Assembly (NCBI GenBank): GCA_964035575.1
Contig: OZ037840.1
Coordinates: 744,001-808,000 of the forward strand
Source of the DNA: Rhynchopus sp. YZ270_cl-10
Lineage: Eukaryota
DNA: 64,000 nt
Reading direction: 5' to 3'
Position numbers and translations under genes: made by a program. Of the stretch, positions 1 to 10,832 are shown piece by piece. Positions within the stretch are counted from its first letter, which is position 1; each line of letters begins with the position of its first letter. A model generated the notes under the pieces. It was not told where the DNA came from. It did no database searches and worked only from the letters and a program-made list of their open reading frames with translations.

Positions 1-2
1 GT

Positions 3-398
3 GCAGGACGTGTGTTTGGCTGTGACGTGCTGTGCAACCGCATCTGCTTCAGCGATGCTGAGTGTGAACACCAACTGCGTCTGATTCCCTGCAGGGTGGA
101 AGTGACACAGGGCTGCGAGACTGAGGTTGTGGCTGAGCTGGTGGTATCAGACGACAAGCTTGCTGTTGGCGCCAACGAGGACAACGAGTGGATGTACGTT
201 GTTGCAGGCAACAGGCGTTGGGATGCTTACAACACAGCTGTGCGCATGTATCTACTGGGGTCTGCGACGGCAGATGATGTGAGTGCTCAGGCAACAGAGG
301 GCGACCGCATCAGCACCCCAGTGACCGTAGTGGCGGGTGCAATACGCGTGTTGAACTTACCTGTGTACGATAGTCTGGCAAAGCAGTGCACACAATAA
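3..398 (+). CDS. 3' end of a gene truncated by the window edge, probably a cyclase-like protein C-terminus
   Basis: Open frame from the window start (AGRVFGCDVLCNR...EWMYVV...WDAYNTAVRMYL) to TAA at 398. The EWMY...W..YN.AV pattern resembles C-termini of euglenozoan adenylate/guanylate-cyclase-like proteins, from recall only. Confidence 0.5.
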   Translation, partial: AGRVFGCDVLCNRICFSDAECEHQLRLIPCRVEVTQGCETEVVAELVVSDDKLAVGANEDNEWMYVVAGNRRWDAYNTAVRMYLLGSATADDVSAQATEGDRISTPVTVVAGAIRVLNLPVYDSLAKQCTQ

Positions 399-1044
399 TT
401 CACGTTGGTACCTCAGGTCGTGCCATCCACGACATTTTTGTGTACATATGTGATCTGGAGTAGGGAAGCGTTCAACACGTTAACCTCTTCCCTCGCTATT
501 GAGGTGGACGTGTGAGGCGAAGCTTTCATATTACCCTCCCCACACCCTTTTTTTTCTTCCCCTTTTTGTCCCAACACGACCCATTTTCGAGCTTTCTGTC
601 ATTGTGCCAGATGCAGGCCTCCTTCCGCAGGTATGCAACTGCATGACAGGCAGCGTCTGCAATGAAACATCTTTCCAGATGTACATGCATTTAGGACTGC
701 ATGGTTGTCACCCGGTGCACCGGTCATGTAAGGTGCATTTTCATGAGAGAGCTTTGTGTAATTTATTTTTGTATGTCAAGCCCGTACGGCAGCTAGTTAC
801 GCAACCCGCAGACCACGTATGGCTAAGCCTACTTCTATCTTCCTTCTGTGTTGCATTAACGTGTTTACTGAGAAGGGAGTGCAAACCCCTCGGGGAAATC
901 TTGTCTATAACTAATGGTTTTAGGCTAGTTGACGCCACGGGTCGGTTTAGGAAATTTGTCCAATTTTTCTGGAAAATCGTGTCCCATACCCCCCCATACC
1001 GCCCTCAAATGCCCCCAAACCCTCCAAAACCCTCGCGAACCCTC

Positions 1045-1305
1045 GCATACCCTACCATACCCAACCATACCCTGCCGTACCCTCCCATACCGCACGTTTG
1101 CCTTTTTTTTGGGATAATCATGTCCCATACCGTGCCATGCCCTGCCATACCATGCCAAACCCTGCCATACCGTGCCATACCGTGCCAAACCGTGCCATAC
1201 CCTGCCATACCTGTGCCAAACCGTGCCATACCCTGCCATACCGTGCCAAACCCTGCCATACCGTGCCAAACCCTGCCATACCGTGCCATACCCTGCCATA
1301 CCCTC
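1045..1305. repeat. Degenerate 10-bp minisatellite (CCNTGCCAWA)n; second block at about 3411-3665
   Basis: Tandem ccgtgccata / ccctgccata / ccgtgccaaa units lie on both sides of the heptamer arrays. Confidence 0.9.
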
Positions 1306-1307
1306 CC

Positions 1308-3410
1308 GGTACTGGGTACTGGCTAATGGCTAATGGCTAATGGCTAATGGCTAATGGCTAATGGCTAATGGCTAATGGCTAATGGCTAATGGCTAATGGC
1401 TAATGGCTAATGGCTAATGGCTAATGGCTAATGGCTAATGGCTAATGGCTAATGGCTAATGGCTAATGGCTAATGGCTAATGGCTAATGGCTAATGGCTA
1501 ATGGCTAATGGCTAATGGCTAATGGCTAATGGCTAATGGCTAATGGCTAATGGCTAATGGCTAATGGCTAATGGCTAATGGCTAATGGCTAATGGCTAAT
1601 GGCTAATGGCTAATGGCTAATAACCCTGCCATACCATGCCATACCCTCCCGGTACTGGGTACTGGGTACTGGGTACTGGGTACTGGGTACTGGGTACTGG
1701 GTACTGGGTACTGGGTACTGGGTACTGGGTACTGGGTACTGGGTACTGGGTACTGGGTACTGGGTACTGGGTACTGGGTACTGGGTACTGGGTACTGGGT
1801 ACTGGGTACTGGGTACTGGGTACTGGGTACTGGGTACTGGGTACTGGGTACTGGGTACTGGGTACTGGGTACTGGGTACTGGGTACTGGGTACTGGGTAC
1901 TGGGTACTGGGTACTGGGTACTGGGTACTGGGTACTGGGTACTGGGTACTGGGTACTGGGTACTGGGTACTGGGTACTGGGTACTGGGTACTGGGTACTG
2001 GGTACTGGGTACTGGGTACTGGGTACTGGGTACTGGGTACTGGGTACTGGGTACTGGGTACTGGGTACTGGGTACTGGGTACTGGGCACTGGGTACTGGG
2101 TAATGGCTAATGGCTAATGGCTAATGGCTAATGGCTAATGGCTAATGGCTAATGGCTAATGGCTAATGGCTAATGGCTAATGGCTAATGGCTAATGGCTA
2201 ATGGCTAATGGCTAATGGCTAATGGCTAATGGCTAATGGCTAATGGCTAATGGCTAATGGCTAATGGCTAATGGCTAATGGCTAATGGCTAATGGCTAAT
2301 GGCTAATGGCTAATGGCTAATGGCTAATGGCTAATGGCTAATGGCTAATGGCTAATGGCTAATGGCTAATGGCTAATGGCTAATGGCTAATGGCTAATGG
2401 CTAATGGCTAATGGCTAATGGCTAATGGCTAATGGCTAATGGCTAATGGCTAATGGCTAATGGCTAATGGCTAATGGCTAATGGCTAATGGCTAATGGCT
2501 AATGGCTAATGGCTAATGGCTAATGGCTAATGGCTAATGGCTAATGGCTAATGGCTAATGGCTAATGGCTAATGGCTAATGGCTAATGGCTAATAACCCT
2601 GCCATACCATGCCATACCCTCCCGGTACTGGGTACTGGGTACTGGGTACTGGGTACTGGGTACTGGGTACTGGGTACTGGGTACTGGGTACTGGGTACTG
2701 GGTACTGGGTACTGGGTACTGGGTACTGGGTACTGGGTACTGGGTACTGGGTACTGGGTACTGGGTACTGGGTACTGGGTACTGGGTACTGGGTACTGGG
2801 TACTGGGTACTGGGTACTGGGTACTGGGTACTGGGTACTGGGTACTGGGTACTGGGTACTGGGTACTGGGTACTGGGTACTGGGTACTGGGTACTGGGTA
2901 CTGGGTACTGGGTACTGGGTACTGGGTACTGGGTACTGGGTACTGGGTACTGGGTACTGGGTACTGGGTACTGGGTACTGGGTACTGGGTACTGGGTACT
3001 GGGTACTGGGTACTGGGTACTGGGTACTGGGTACTGGGTACTGGGTACTGGGTACTGGGTACTGGGTACTGGGTACTGGGTACTGGGTACTGGGTACTGG
3101 GTACTGGGTACTGGGTACTGGGTACTGGGTACTGGGTACTGGGTACTGGGTACTGGGTACTGGGTACTGGGTACTGGGTACTGGGTACTGGGTACTGGGT
3201 ACTGGGTACTGGGTACTGGGTACTGGGTACTGGGTACTGGGTACTGGGTACTGGGTACTGGGTACTGGGTACTGGGTACTGGGTACTGGGTACTGGGTAC
3301 TGGGTACTGGGTACTGGGTACTGGGTACTGGGTACTGGGTACTGGGTACTGGGTACTGGGTACTGGGTACTGGGCACTGGGTACTGGGTAATGGCTAATG
3401 GCTAATGGCT
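1308..3410. repeat. Composite heptamer satellite of alternating (GGGTACT)n and (GGCTAAT)n arrays
   Basis: GGCTAAT 1321-1620 (~43 copies), GGGTACT 1651-2100 (~62), TAATGGC 2101-2590 (~70), GGGTACT 2624-3388 (~107), then TAATGGC x3. An identical ~33-bp spacer starts at 1618 and at 2591. Confidence 0.97.
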
Positions 3411-4324
3411 ACCCGTGCCACACTGTGCCACACCCTGCCATACCGTGCCATACCCGTGACACACTGCGCCATACCCGTGCCAAACCGTGCCACACCCTGC
3501 CAAACCGTGCCATACCCTGCCACACCCGTGCCAAACCGTGCCATACCGTGCCATACCCTGCCAAACCGTGCCATACCCTGCCATACCCTGCCATACCCTG
3601 CTATACCGTGCCATACCCTGCCATACCCTGCCATACCATGCCAAACCCTGCCATACCCTGCCCTACCCTTACTAACCCTCTCAAACCCCCCCAAATCTGC
3701 CCAAATCCTCTCAAACCCTCCCAAACCCAAATGTCCGTGACGTCAACTAGCCTACCGGTTTTTTATTTGATTTTTGTGAAACAATCTACTCGCGTTTCTT
3801 TTATCGAACAGATTTTATTCTCCGCCCCGTACCCAAAATGTAAACACCACTTTCAATCAGAAAAAAAAAATTTTTTTTTTCTCTCCTTTTTTCTTCCGTG
3901 GTTTTTGTGTGCTAATTGTTATCGAAAAGCTTTGCAAAGTGGTTCCATGCATATAGCCTACCTGGCACCTTGTGTGTCTCCCAAAAACCAAAAGTGTTGT
4001 GTGTGAAGTTTTGAAGGAAAAAATGAAAGTGTGCCTATTTCCCTCACACCTAGGTTTTCAAACACGAATACAACACACAATACAACTGAGCTTTTTTAAG
4101 GTACGCTGTCAGGGCTTTGTATTTCAACTCTACTTTTTTTTAAATGTGTCCTTTGTCTCAACATTCTAAACACTCACTCCCCCCAGCGTGGGAGACTACC
4201 AAAGATCGAACCACCCCTCACCTCCTCCTCCTCCCCCTCTTCCTTCTGTTCTGATCACATCCATCCAAAAAATTTCCTTAATTTCACAATCTACAGGTGG
4301 TGTGTAAGGGGGTGCAGGGAAACC

Positions 4325-6424
4325 ATGCGCTATCTCGAGAGCCTGCTCTCCCTGGATGGCACGCTTGGGAAGAAGGAGCAGTCGCAGCGCACGCTGTTCT
4401 TGCTTTTCAACGTTGCGTGTATGGTCTTCATCCTGATGTACATCGCGACTAATACGGAAGATGTCATTAATATTTTCTTGACCACTGTTGCGCAGTCAAT
4501 GTTGTTGGTCTCCTGCTCCATTGGCGTTCTGGTGATTCTGTGCAGGGTCAAGCTGACCACCACGATTGTAGTTGCCAATGCCTATACGTTAGCTGCATGC
4601 CTTTTTATTAGTGACCTTCTGATGCGTGTCTTCAGTGGCGCGCTGTGGGCACCTCTTGTGCTGTCGGTTGACTTTATGCTTGTGATGCAGGTGCCGTCGA
4701 GGTACAGTGTTGGGCTTGTGGTCTTCACAATATGCTGGTTAATTATGATGGCGGTGGAGCAGCGGTTCAGGTTTGGATTGTTTGACCTTCCTGGGCTACC
4801 ACCACAAGGCGGGCCGCATGGAAGAGAGGCGAACCTGAATCGCGTAGACTGCGAGAAGTTGCCCTGCGCCACTGACCCCTCGATACAAGTCATCGAAGCT
4901 ACCGCAGTCTTCTTCATAGACTTCCTCGCAACGAGAGGGTTTGCGCGTGATATTCTCAAGGAGCAGGCAACAATGCAGAGGACGATTAACGTGGTGCAGG
5001 AGATTGCGAGTCTGCTTGCCAAGTACGATGTGGAGGGTGTGGCGGAGATGCTGAAGGTGCAAAGGGACGAGCTCCCAGAGGAGATGCACGCAACACTGCA
5101 GAGGATGGAGGAGAACCTGCGGAAGTACCGTCCCTACCTCCCTGCAGCGCTGTTTGAGGAGGAGGGTGGTGCGCCAAGCGCGTCTGTGCCGCCACCTGTG
5201 CTTGTGAACGACGTGGGAACGATTGTCTTTACAGACATCCGTTCGTCGACGTCGATCTGGGAGTGTGCGCCAGAAGGGATGTGTGCTGCGCTGAAGATCC
5301 ACAACGCTGTGCTGCGTGAGGTGATGCAGGTGTTTGGTGGGTACGAAGTGAAGACAATCGGCGACGCCTTCATGGTTGCCTTCGCAACAACAGCTGACGG
5401 TGTGCACTTTGGCCTGAAGGTGCAGGAACGTCTTCGTGAAGCAAACTGGCCTGCGTCGCTGCTTGAGGAGGCACCGATCTGTGCTGAACAGGGACCACTT
5501 TGGGGTGGACTGACTGTGCGCATTGGTGTCAACACCGGCCCTGTGACTGTGGAGCAGAACACACTGACGGGACGGACAGACTACTTCGGACACACTGTGA
5601 ACGTTGCGTCACGTCTTGAGAGCACATGCACACCAGGAGCTGTGGCTGTGCCTTGTGACCTGTGGACTTCTGCCTGTGGGTCGTGCACTGCTGTTGCTGG
5701 TGAGGCAGAGTCACTTAGCCTGAAGGGTGTGACCGAGATGATGTTTGTGCGTTGCTTGTGGCCTGTTTCCCTTGCAGGGCGAGCGCGCCAACCTTTGATC
5801 GATGTGGATATGTCTAAACTATCTAGTAGCGTGTCGGCAGTGATGTCATCACTCGATGGAAGCTCATCACGTGGCTCAGAAGGATCACACATGTTCGGAC
5901 CACACCTGGGTCGTCAGGTGACCGGCACTGTCGGTGTTGTGGACATTGAAGTGGGTGACGAATCTGCCCTGAAAGCACTGCACACAATGAACGCAGGACT
6001 TGCAACACTCACAATTGCACTGGACCAGAGCGGTGGGAGCCTGGTGACACTGCTTGGGAGCTGTGTGTGCGTTGGGTGGAACGTGACCCGTTCGGCACCT
6101 GCACACATGGAGAACGCAGTGCGGTTTGCACAACGGATGATGGCGAAGACTGCGTACTTCAAGGGTGCTGGCGTTGTGAGTGGTCCTGTGCAGCACGGGG
6201 ACATTGGCAGCCACAAACAACGCTTTGTGACAGTGTTGGGGCGCATTGTGCGACGGAGCTGGACGCTGTGTGAAGAAGCTGTGCGTGAGGGGGGCACATG
6301 CCTTTACGAACCCGACAGCACAGCACTGCCGTCTGCACTTGGACACTCTCTCGCGCAACACAAGGGTGGTGGCTACAGAGTGGTTTGCGACAGCAAGTGC
6401 AGGGTGGACTTGGCTCAGGTATGA
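4325..6424 (+). CDS. Multi-pass membrane class III adenylyl cyclase (699 aa, intronless)
   Basis: About 5 hydrophobic N-terminal segments. Catalytic motifs VFTDIRSST, VKTIGDAFM, VRIGVNTG and DYFGHTVNVASR give both metal Asp, the ATP-specifying Lys/Asp and the catalytic Asn/Arg. A degenerate second cyclase-like region follows. Confidence 0.92.
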   Translation: MRYLESLLSLDGTLGKKEQSQRTLFLLFNVACMVFILMYIATNTEDVINIFLTTVAQSMLLVSCSIGVLVILCRVKLTTTIVVANAYTLAACLFISDLLMRVFSGALWAPLVLSVDFMLVMQVPSRYSVGLVVFTICWLIMMAVEQRFRFGLFDLPGLPPQGGPHGREANLNRVDCEKLPCATDPSIQVIEATAVFFIDFLATRGFARDILKEQATMQRTINVVQEIASLLAKYDVEGVAEMLKVQRDELPEEMHATLQRMEENLRKYRPYLPAALFEEEGGAPSASVPPPVLVNDVGTIVFTDIRSSTSIWECAPEGMCAALKIHNAVLREVMQVFGGYEVKTIGDAFMVAFATTADGVHFGLKVQERLREANWPASLLEEAPICAEQGPLWGGLTVRIGVNTGPVTVEQNTLTGRTDYFGHTVNVASRLESTCTPGAVAVPCDLWTSACGSCTAVAGEAESLSLKGVTEMMFVRCLWPVSLAGRARQPLIDVDMSKLSSSVSAVMSSLDGSSSRGSEGSHMFGPHLGRQVTGTVGVVDIEVGDESALKALHTMNAGLATLTIALDQSGGSLVTLLGSCVCVGWNVTRSAPAHMENAVRFAQRMMAKTAYFKGAGVVSGPVQHGDIGSHKQRFVTVLGRIVRRSWTLCEEAVREGGTCLYEPDSTALPSALGHSLAQHKGGGYRVVCDSKCRVDLAQV

Positions 6425-6529
6425 GCCCCTGCACGACACCACCACTGATGCTACTATGCTCCCATCAGTGGCGACCACTTCCCAACTTCTGTTGGAGAAA
6501 CGTATCCCAACCAGTTTCCCCCCCCCCCC

Positions 6530-6748
6530 TAGGCATACACTCGATGCGAGTCGCATGCGAGAATCATTCTCGCATTCTCGCACACCATTCTCGCACCATT
6601 CTCGCATGCGAGAATCATTCTCGCACACGTAGAAGGATTTTGGTCGTGCGAGAGTGAGCGAGAATGAGCGAGAATTGTGCGAGAATTTTTCGTCAGACCA
6701 GAATTGTGCGAGAATGCGAGAATGCGACTCGCATCGAGTGTATGCCTA
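6530..6748. mobile_element. MITE-like palindromic element
   Basis: Perfect inverted repeat TAGGCATACACTCGATGCGAGTCGCAT (6530-6556 and 6722-6748). The interior is built of ATTCTCGC / GCGAGAAT units. Confidence 0.85.
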
Positions 6749-8385
6749 GGGGGGTCCACGTAGAAGGAATTCCTTAAGGATTTGCTGTCCCAAACCCATT
6801 TTTTTGAAATTTAGGTGAAGAAACCCACTAAAAAGGTCGTACCTGGCCGCAAATCGCCCTGGGGATCACGAAAATATCCCATTAAACCACCTGACAACCT
6901 CTACAGAGACTTTCCTGGTTTAAAAAAAATCGATTTTTTGTGAAAAATCTCCAAAAATGGCGTCACCAGATCGTCACCAAGATGGCCAAAATGCAACACT
7001 TACCAAAAAAATTTTCTAGTCAGACAAAATTCCTTCTAAACACCCGAAAAACACCTCGGTCCACATCCGGTGGGGTCCCAGGGTGGAAATATATGGTTTT
7101 TACAGCTTTTAGGGCTCCTGTGGGGGCCCCAGATGCATTTTGCAGTGGGTGTGTGTGCCCCAAACGCTTAAAAGTACCCTTTTTATAGTCACTTTTTTGA
7201 CTTTTTTTGTACCTGAAAACCCCCAAAAAAGTGCCAAGGTAGTCGGAATGGTGTCCAAACACCCAGGAAAATGTCCCCCAGACCCCATATAGGGTGAAAA
7301 ATAGCATTTTGGGCACTTGGGAGGGTTTTATAGGCCATGCAACACTTATGCAACACTTAAGCAACGGCTATGCAACGCCTAGCAGAAGACCACTTATTTA
7401 CCAAAAAAAAATAATACCAATTCATTCAAAACACCAAAAAACCACCTCAGTCCACCTCCAATGAGGTCCCGAGGTGGAAATGTGTGGATTTTGCAGCTTT
7501 TTGGGGTCCCTAGGGGGTTTTTGAGGGCGTTTTTGTGTCTGCAACACTTAAAATAACGGTATTTCCCCCCATCCTTTTGACGTATTTCGCACCCAAAATA
7601 AAAACCCTAAAAGGCGTGTTCAGGCAGTCGCAGAAGTGTCTAAATCCCTCTGAACTGCCTGACAGACCTCCCGAGCTGTGGAAAATCGTACTTGCAACAC
7701 TTGCTAGGGCTTTTTGGTCCCTGAAAATGACAACGTACCCTTTGCCTAAGTGCAGTAAAGCCTTCCTTGCCTCCTCCTATGACCAATGATTCTTGCGAAT
7801 CCGTTGTCGGTGTCCTTGACCAAGTTGCAAGCCACCACGGAAGGAGCCAGCACCCCGACAACACCGACTCACTGTCGCTGGAACCTAGACATCCTCTACA
7901 GTCTAGGTTGGGTTCCGTCTTTCTCAAGGGAAGAACTTGCCGCAGGATACACCAAGCGCACCACAAAGGCAGGTCCATGCAAAGCACCCAGAAGTAGCAA
8001 CTTGAAAAGTACAACACTAAAGTTCTTCATCTTTTCACAAAGACAGAGTTGCAGGAATTTGCGGCAGATTGTGCACCCCTTGACGATGAAGACACCGGTC
8101 AGATGAATAAGGAGCCTCTGGTAGCTATGCTGTCTCAGTGAGCAGTACAGGGATTCTATAGGCATATTAGGGGGTATAATTCCATGGAAAAAGGCGGAAA
8201 AAGCGGAAAAAAACACCAAAAAATCAGAAAAAAGTACGAAATAGTGCTCAAAAGTGTGTTTTTCGTGGTTTTGGGTGATTTTTTGGGGGTTTGGGGGTGT
8301 TTTGGGGTGTTTTTTCGGGTTTTTCGCGGGTTTTTACAAAAAAAAGTGGTTTGGGACAGCAAAAACGGCCGGACGGACCCCCCTA
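6747..8385. mobile_element. Decayed TIR DNA transposon with a possible transposase remnant
   Basis: Ends TAGGGGGGTCC...TTTGCTGTCCCAAACC and GGTTTGGGACAGCAAA...GGACCCCCCTA. Internal direct duplication at about 7040-7170 versus 7430-7550. The peptide TNDSCESVVGVL (ORF 7767-7997) resembles a transposase C-terminal motif. Confidence 0.6.
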
Positions 8386-8571
8386 TCCCCCCCCCCCTCA
8401 CTAACACATATCAGGCAAACCACCGCCACTTCTTTCCCAACGCAACCACCTCCCTTTGACCACCTCTCCGCTACCACACCCACAAGCACCCACCAACCCC
8501 CCCGCAGCACCTCCCACATCTCCTCCCAATCCCCACTTTTGGTTCACTACACAAACACCCCTGCACCTGCA

Positions 8572-9567
8572 ATGGCTGAAAGACGTCCCCGCTCTGGAAG
8601 CAGGGATGCAACGAAGGAACGGAGTGGCAGTCGCGGCCCGCCTGCTAGGGGCTCTAGCCGTGGACCACCACAAGCAGCGTCGTCGACATCCTCCGCACAG
8701 GGACGCAGTTCAAGCAGGGGACCAGCCCCAAGAGAGGCTCAGCCCGGCACCACATCCTCCACCGCCTCCAACCCTCGCAGACTGAAGCTCCTCCTGGAGG
8801 ACCTTTTCAGCGATGAGTGCTTCCCGTACGACCGACCCCTTCTGCTGGAAACCGAGGACCGCTTCGCCCCGTTTGCTTATCTTGCACGCAGGCTGTCCTG
8901 TACTGAGGAAGACCTGCACGGTGCGTGGAACCACCCCGGAGTGGAGGGAGCAGACTTCTTTGAGTTGAACCCAGACAAAACCCGTTTAAGACGTGTTCCG
9001 AAACTTCCAAAAGAGCTTCGTGAGGCCGCAAAACGCACGATTTTGGACGACGAATACCAGAAACCTGCGAAACAAATATCAGACAGAGGAGCAAACGACG
9101 AAACGCGACAGACTCAGATCTGCAGGCAGGTGGACTACTATTTTGGGGCAGACAACTTGCCCTATGACCTGCGAACGTTACGGGAACTGGATAAAAACGG
9201 GTCGTTTCCTTTTGCCTACGTTGTCAGCGCACCTGCCTTGGTGCGTATGGAAGCCACTGAGGATGAGGTCTACAACGCGATCCTCCTAAGCCAGGCGCTC
9301 AAGGTAGTGTCTCACGACGTCGAAGCCGGCAACAACTCCACCTACGACGGGGCACGTGTCAAACTCCGCAAAATCCTTTCAAAAGAATATCAACCCATTG
9401 TCCAAAGAACCCTCGAAAGAGGAAAATCCGACCCCACACTCGGTGTACACAAAGCAAAAGCAATGGAGCGCGAATACGAAGCAACAAAGCGGCGGACATC
9501 GAAAGGGACGGACTCAGGGAAGCGGCACGGTGACAGAAAACGGGAGAAAGTCGGGAAGGAGTGGTAA
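8572..9567 (+). CDS. RNA-binding protein with two La motifs (HTH La-type) and an RS/G-rich N-terminus
   Basis: ATG at 8572 (MAERRPRS). QICRQVDYYFGADNLPYD matches the La-motif consensus (I.RQVEYYFSD.NL..D). RLKLLLEDLFSDECFPYD is a second, degenerate copy. Confidence 0.8.
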   Translation: MAERRPRSGSRDATKERSGSRGPPARGSSRGPPQAASSTSSAQGRSSSRGPAPREAQPGTTSSTASNPRRLKLLLEDLFSDECFPYDRPLLLETEDRFAPFAYLARRLSCTEEDLHGAWNHPGVEGADFFELNPDKTRLRRVPKLPKELREAAKRTILDDEYQKPAKQISDRGANDETRQTQICRQVDYYFGADNLPYDLRTLRELDKNGSFPFAYVVSAPALVRMEATEDEVYNAILLSQALKVVSHDVEAGNNSTYDGARVKLRKILSKEYQPIVQRTLERGKSDPTLGVHKAKAMEREYEATKRRTSKGTDSGKRHGDRKREKVGKEW

Positions 9568-10832
9568 TAGAATAGCGAGAATTCAATCCAAAAAAAGAGT
9601 ACCCTAGACTCTGTTGGGGCATTTGAAAACAGCCACCTCTTTGACAATGCTTTCAATATTATAAGTACAACACAAAACAGTGAACTACGCCCCTTAGTGG
9701 TTCTAGTTTTGATTTTCTCGTGAGCACCTTCTTTTCACGTTCTTTTACGAACTGTGCTTAAAAATTGAGCCACAGTTTATTCTCAGACTGAATAGTCGGG
9801 GTGGGGGTTCAGCGGGGGGGTTTTTTTTAGGTACACTGTCACGAGAGGGCTTTGTATTTCAAACCTTTTTTTTTTGTCGGTGACTAAGCACTGGGCAAGC
9901 TTGGGCGATGAACCCATTAAGACCCACAGGGCGAGCCGGGATATATACCCGAGCCGACCCTGCCCCCAACCCCCAACCCCCTGCCGAGCCGAGCCGAGCC
10001 GAGCGAGTGTGCCGAGCCGAGCCGAGCAGAAAAGACTTGATCGACCAGAGTTACAAAGTTTCTTCATAAAAAAAGCTAAAAAAATGGTTGAAGATTAAAA
10101 TCTACTAACAACCTGCAAACCACCTGTGTCACTATTATGCTGACTATCGACCCACGTGGCGAGTCAGTAGTGGCGTTATATTTGACCTTTTTTTAACAAA
10201 GTACCCTGCTATATGCAGAGTAACTGCCTTGGATGAGGTGAGCTACGATCATCCGAAAATATAAAACAAGTTTTTTTTGAACATGATCCACTTTTATTTT
10301 TGCAATTTTGATTTTTTCATTCTTTTACAATGTAGGTTTCGAAAACTGTCTGGGCCTTGAGCGACAGCGGAACACTAACTACAAGTCCACAGAGGGTCAT
10401 GCACTGATGAAGTCCACCTCTGTTTACAACTAATGTATGCGTTTAGGACTGAAACATGGACTTGTGGTACAGATGTACCACCCTACAAAAACTTTTGAAT
10501 ATGCATATTTACAAAAAAACAAAAACAAAACAAAAAGGATCCAAAAATACAACAAAAAAGATTGATGAATAACCAATGTTCAAAACATTAAGTAATCTAA
10601 TCAGACTAAGCACTGTGGGGCTTTGGATGATCTCATGAAGCTTTGATTGTGTAGTTTATTGTGTTGCATTTCTCAGGGTGGGGACAACTGGCACTGCCAT
10701 TTAGGGGGGAGGGGGGGTGACCAACTTTGGGGTGGAGTGATGAAGTAAGACGAAAAAAATCACAACCTTTTTTATTGCCCCTTCTCATCTTCATCCTTTC
10801 CAATAAAAAATCTAGGAAAAGACATCGCCAAT

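Larger units (their letters stand above)
921..3754. mobile_element. Non-autonomous TIR element filled with satellite arrays
   Basis: TAGGCTAGTTGACGCCACGG (921-940) matches the reverse complement of CCGTGACGTCAACTAGCCTA (3735-3754) at 19/20. The terminal TA is either a TSD or part of the TIR. No transposase ORF inside. Confidence 0.8.

Noticed and set aside
1321..3410. Telomere call for the G-rich heptamer arrays
   Set aside because: The arrays are internal, bounded by TIRs, and not TTAGGG.
925..3740. Long ORFs such as (VLGTGYW)n, (PSTQYPV)n and PCHT-rich ORFs
   Set aside because: They are by-products of stop-free satellite arrays, open in several frames and on both strands.
9950..10028. (CCGAG)n pentamer patch as a separate mobile element
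   Set aside because: I could not define convincing termini or a TSD.
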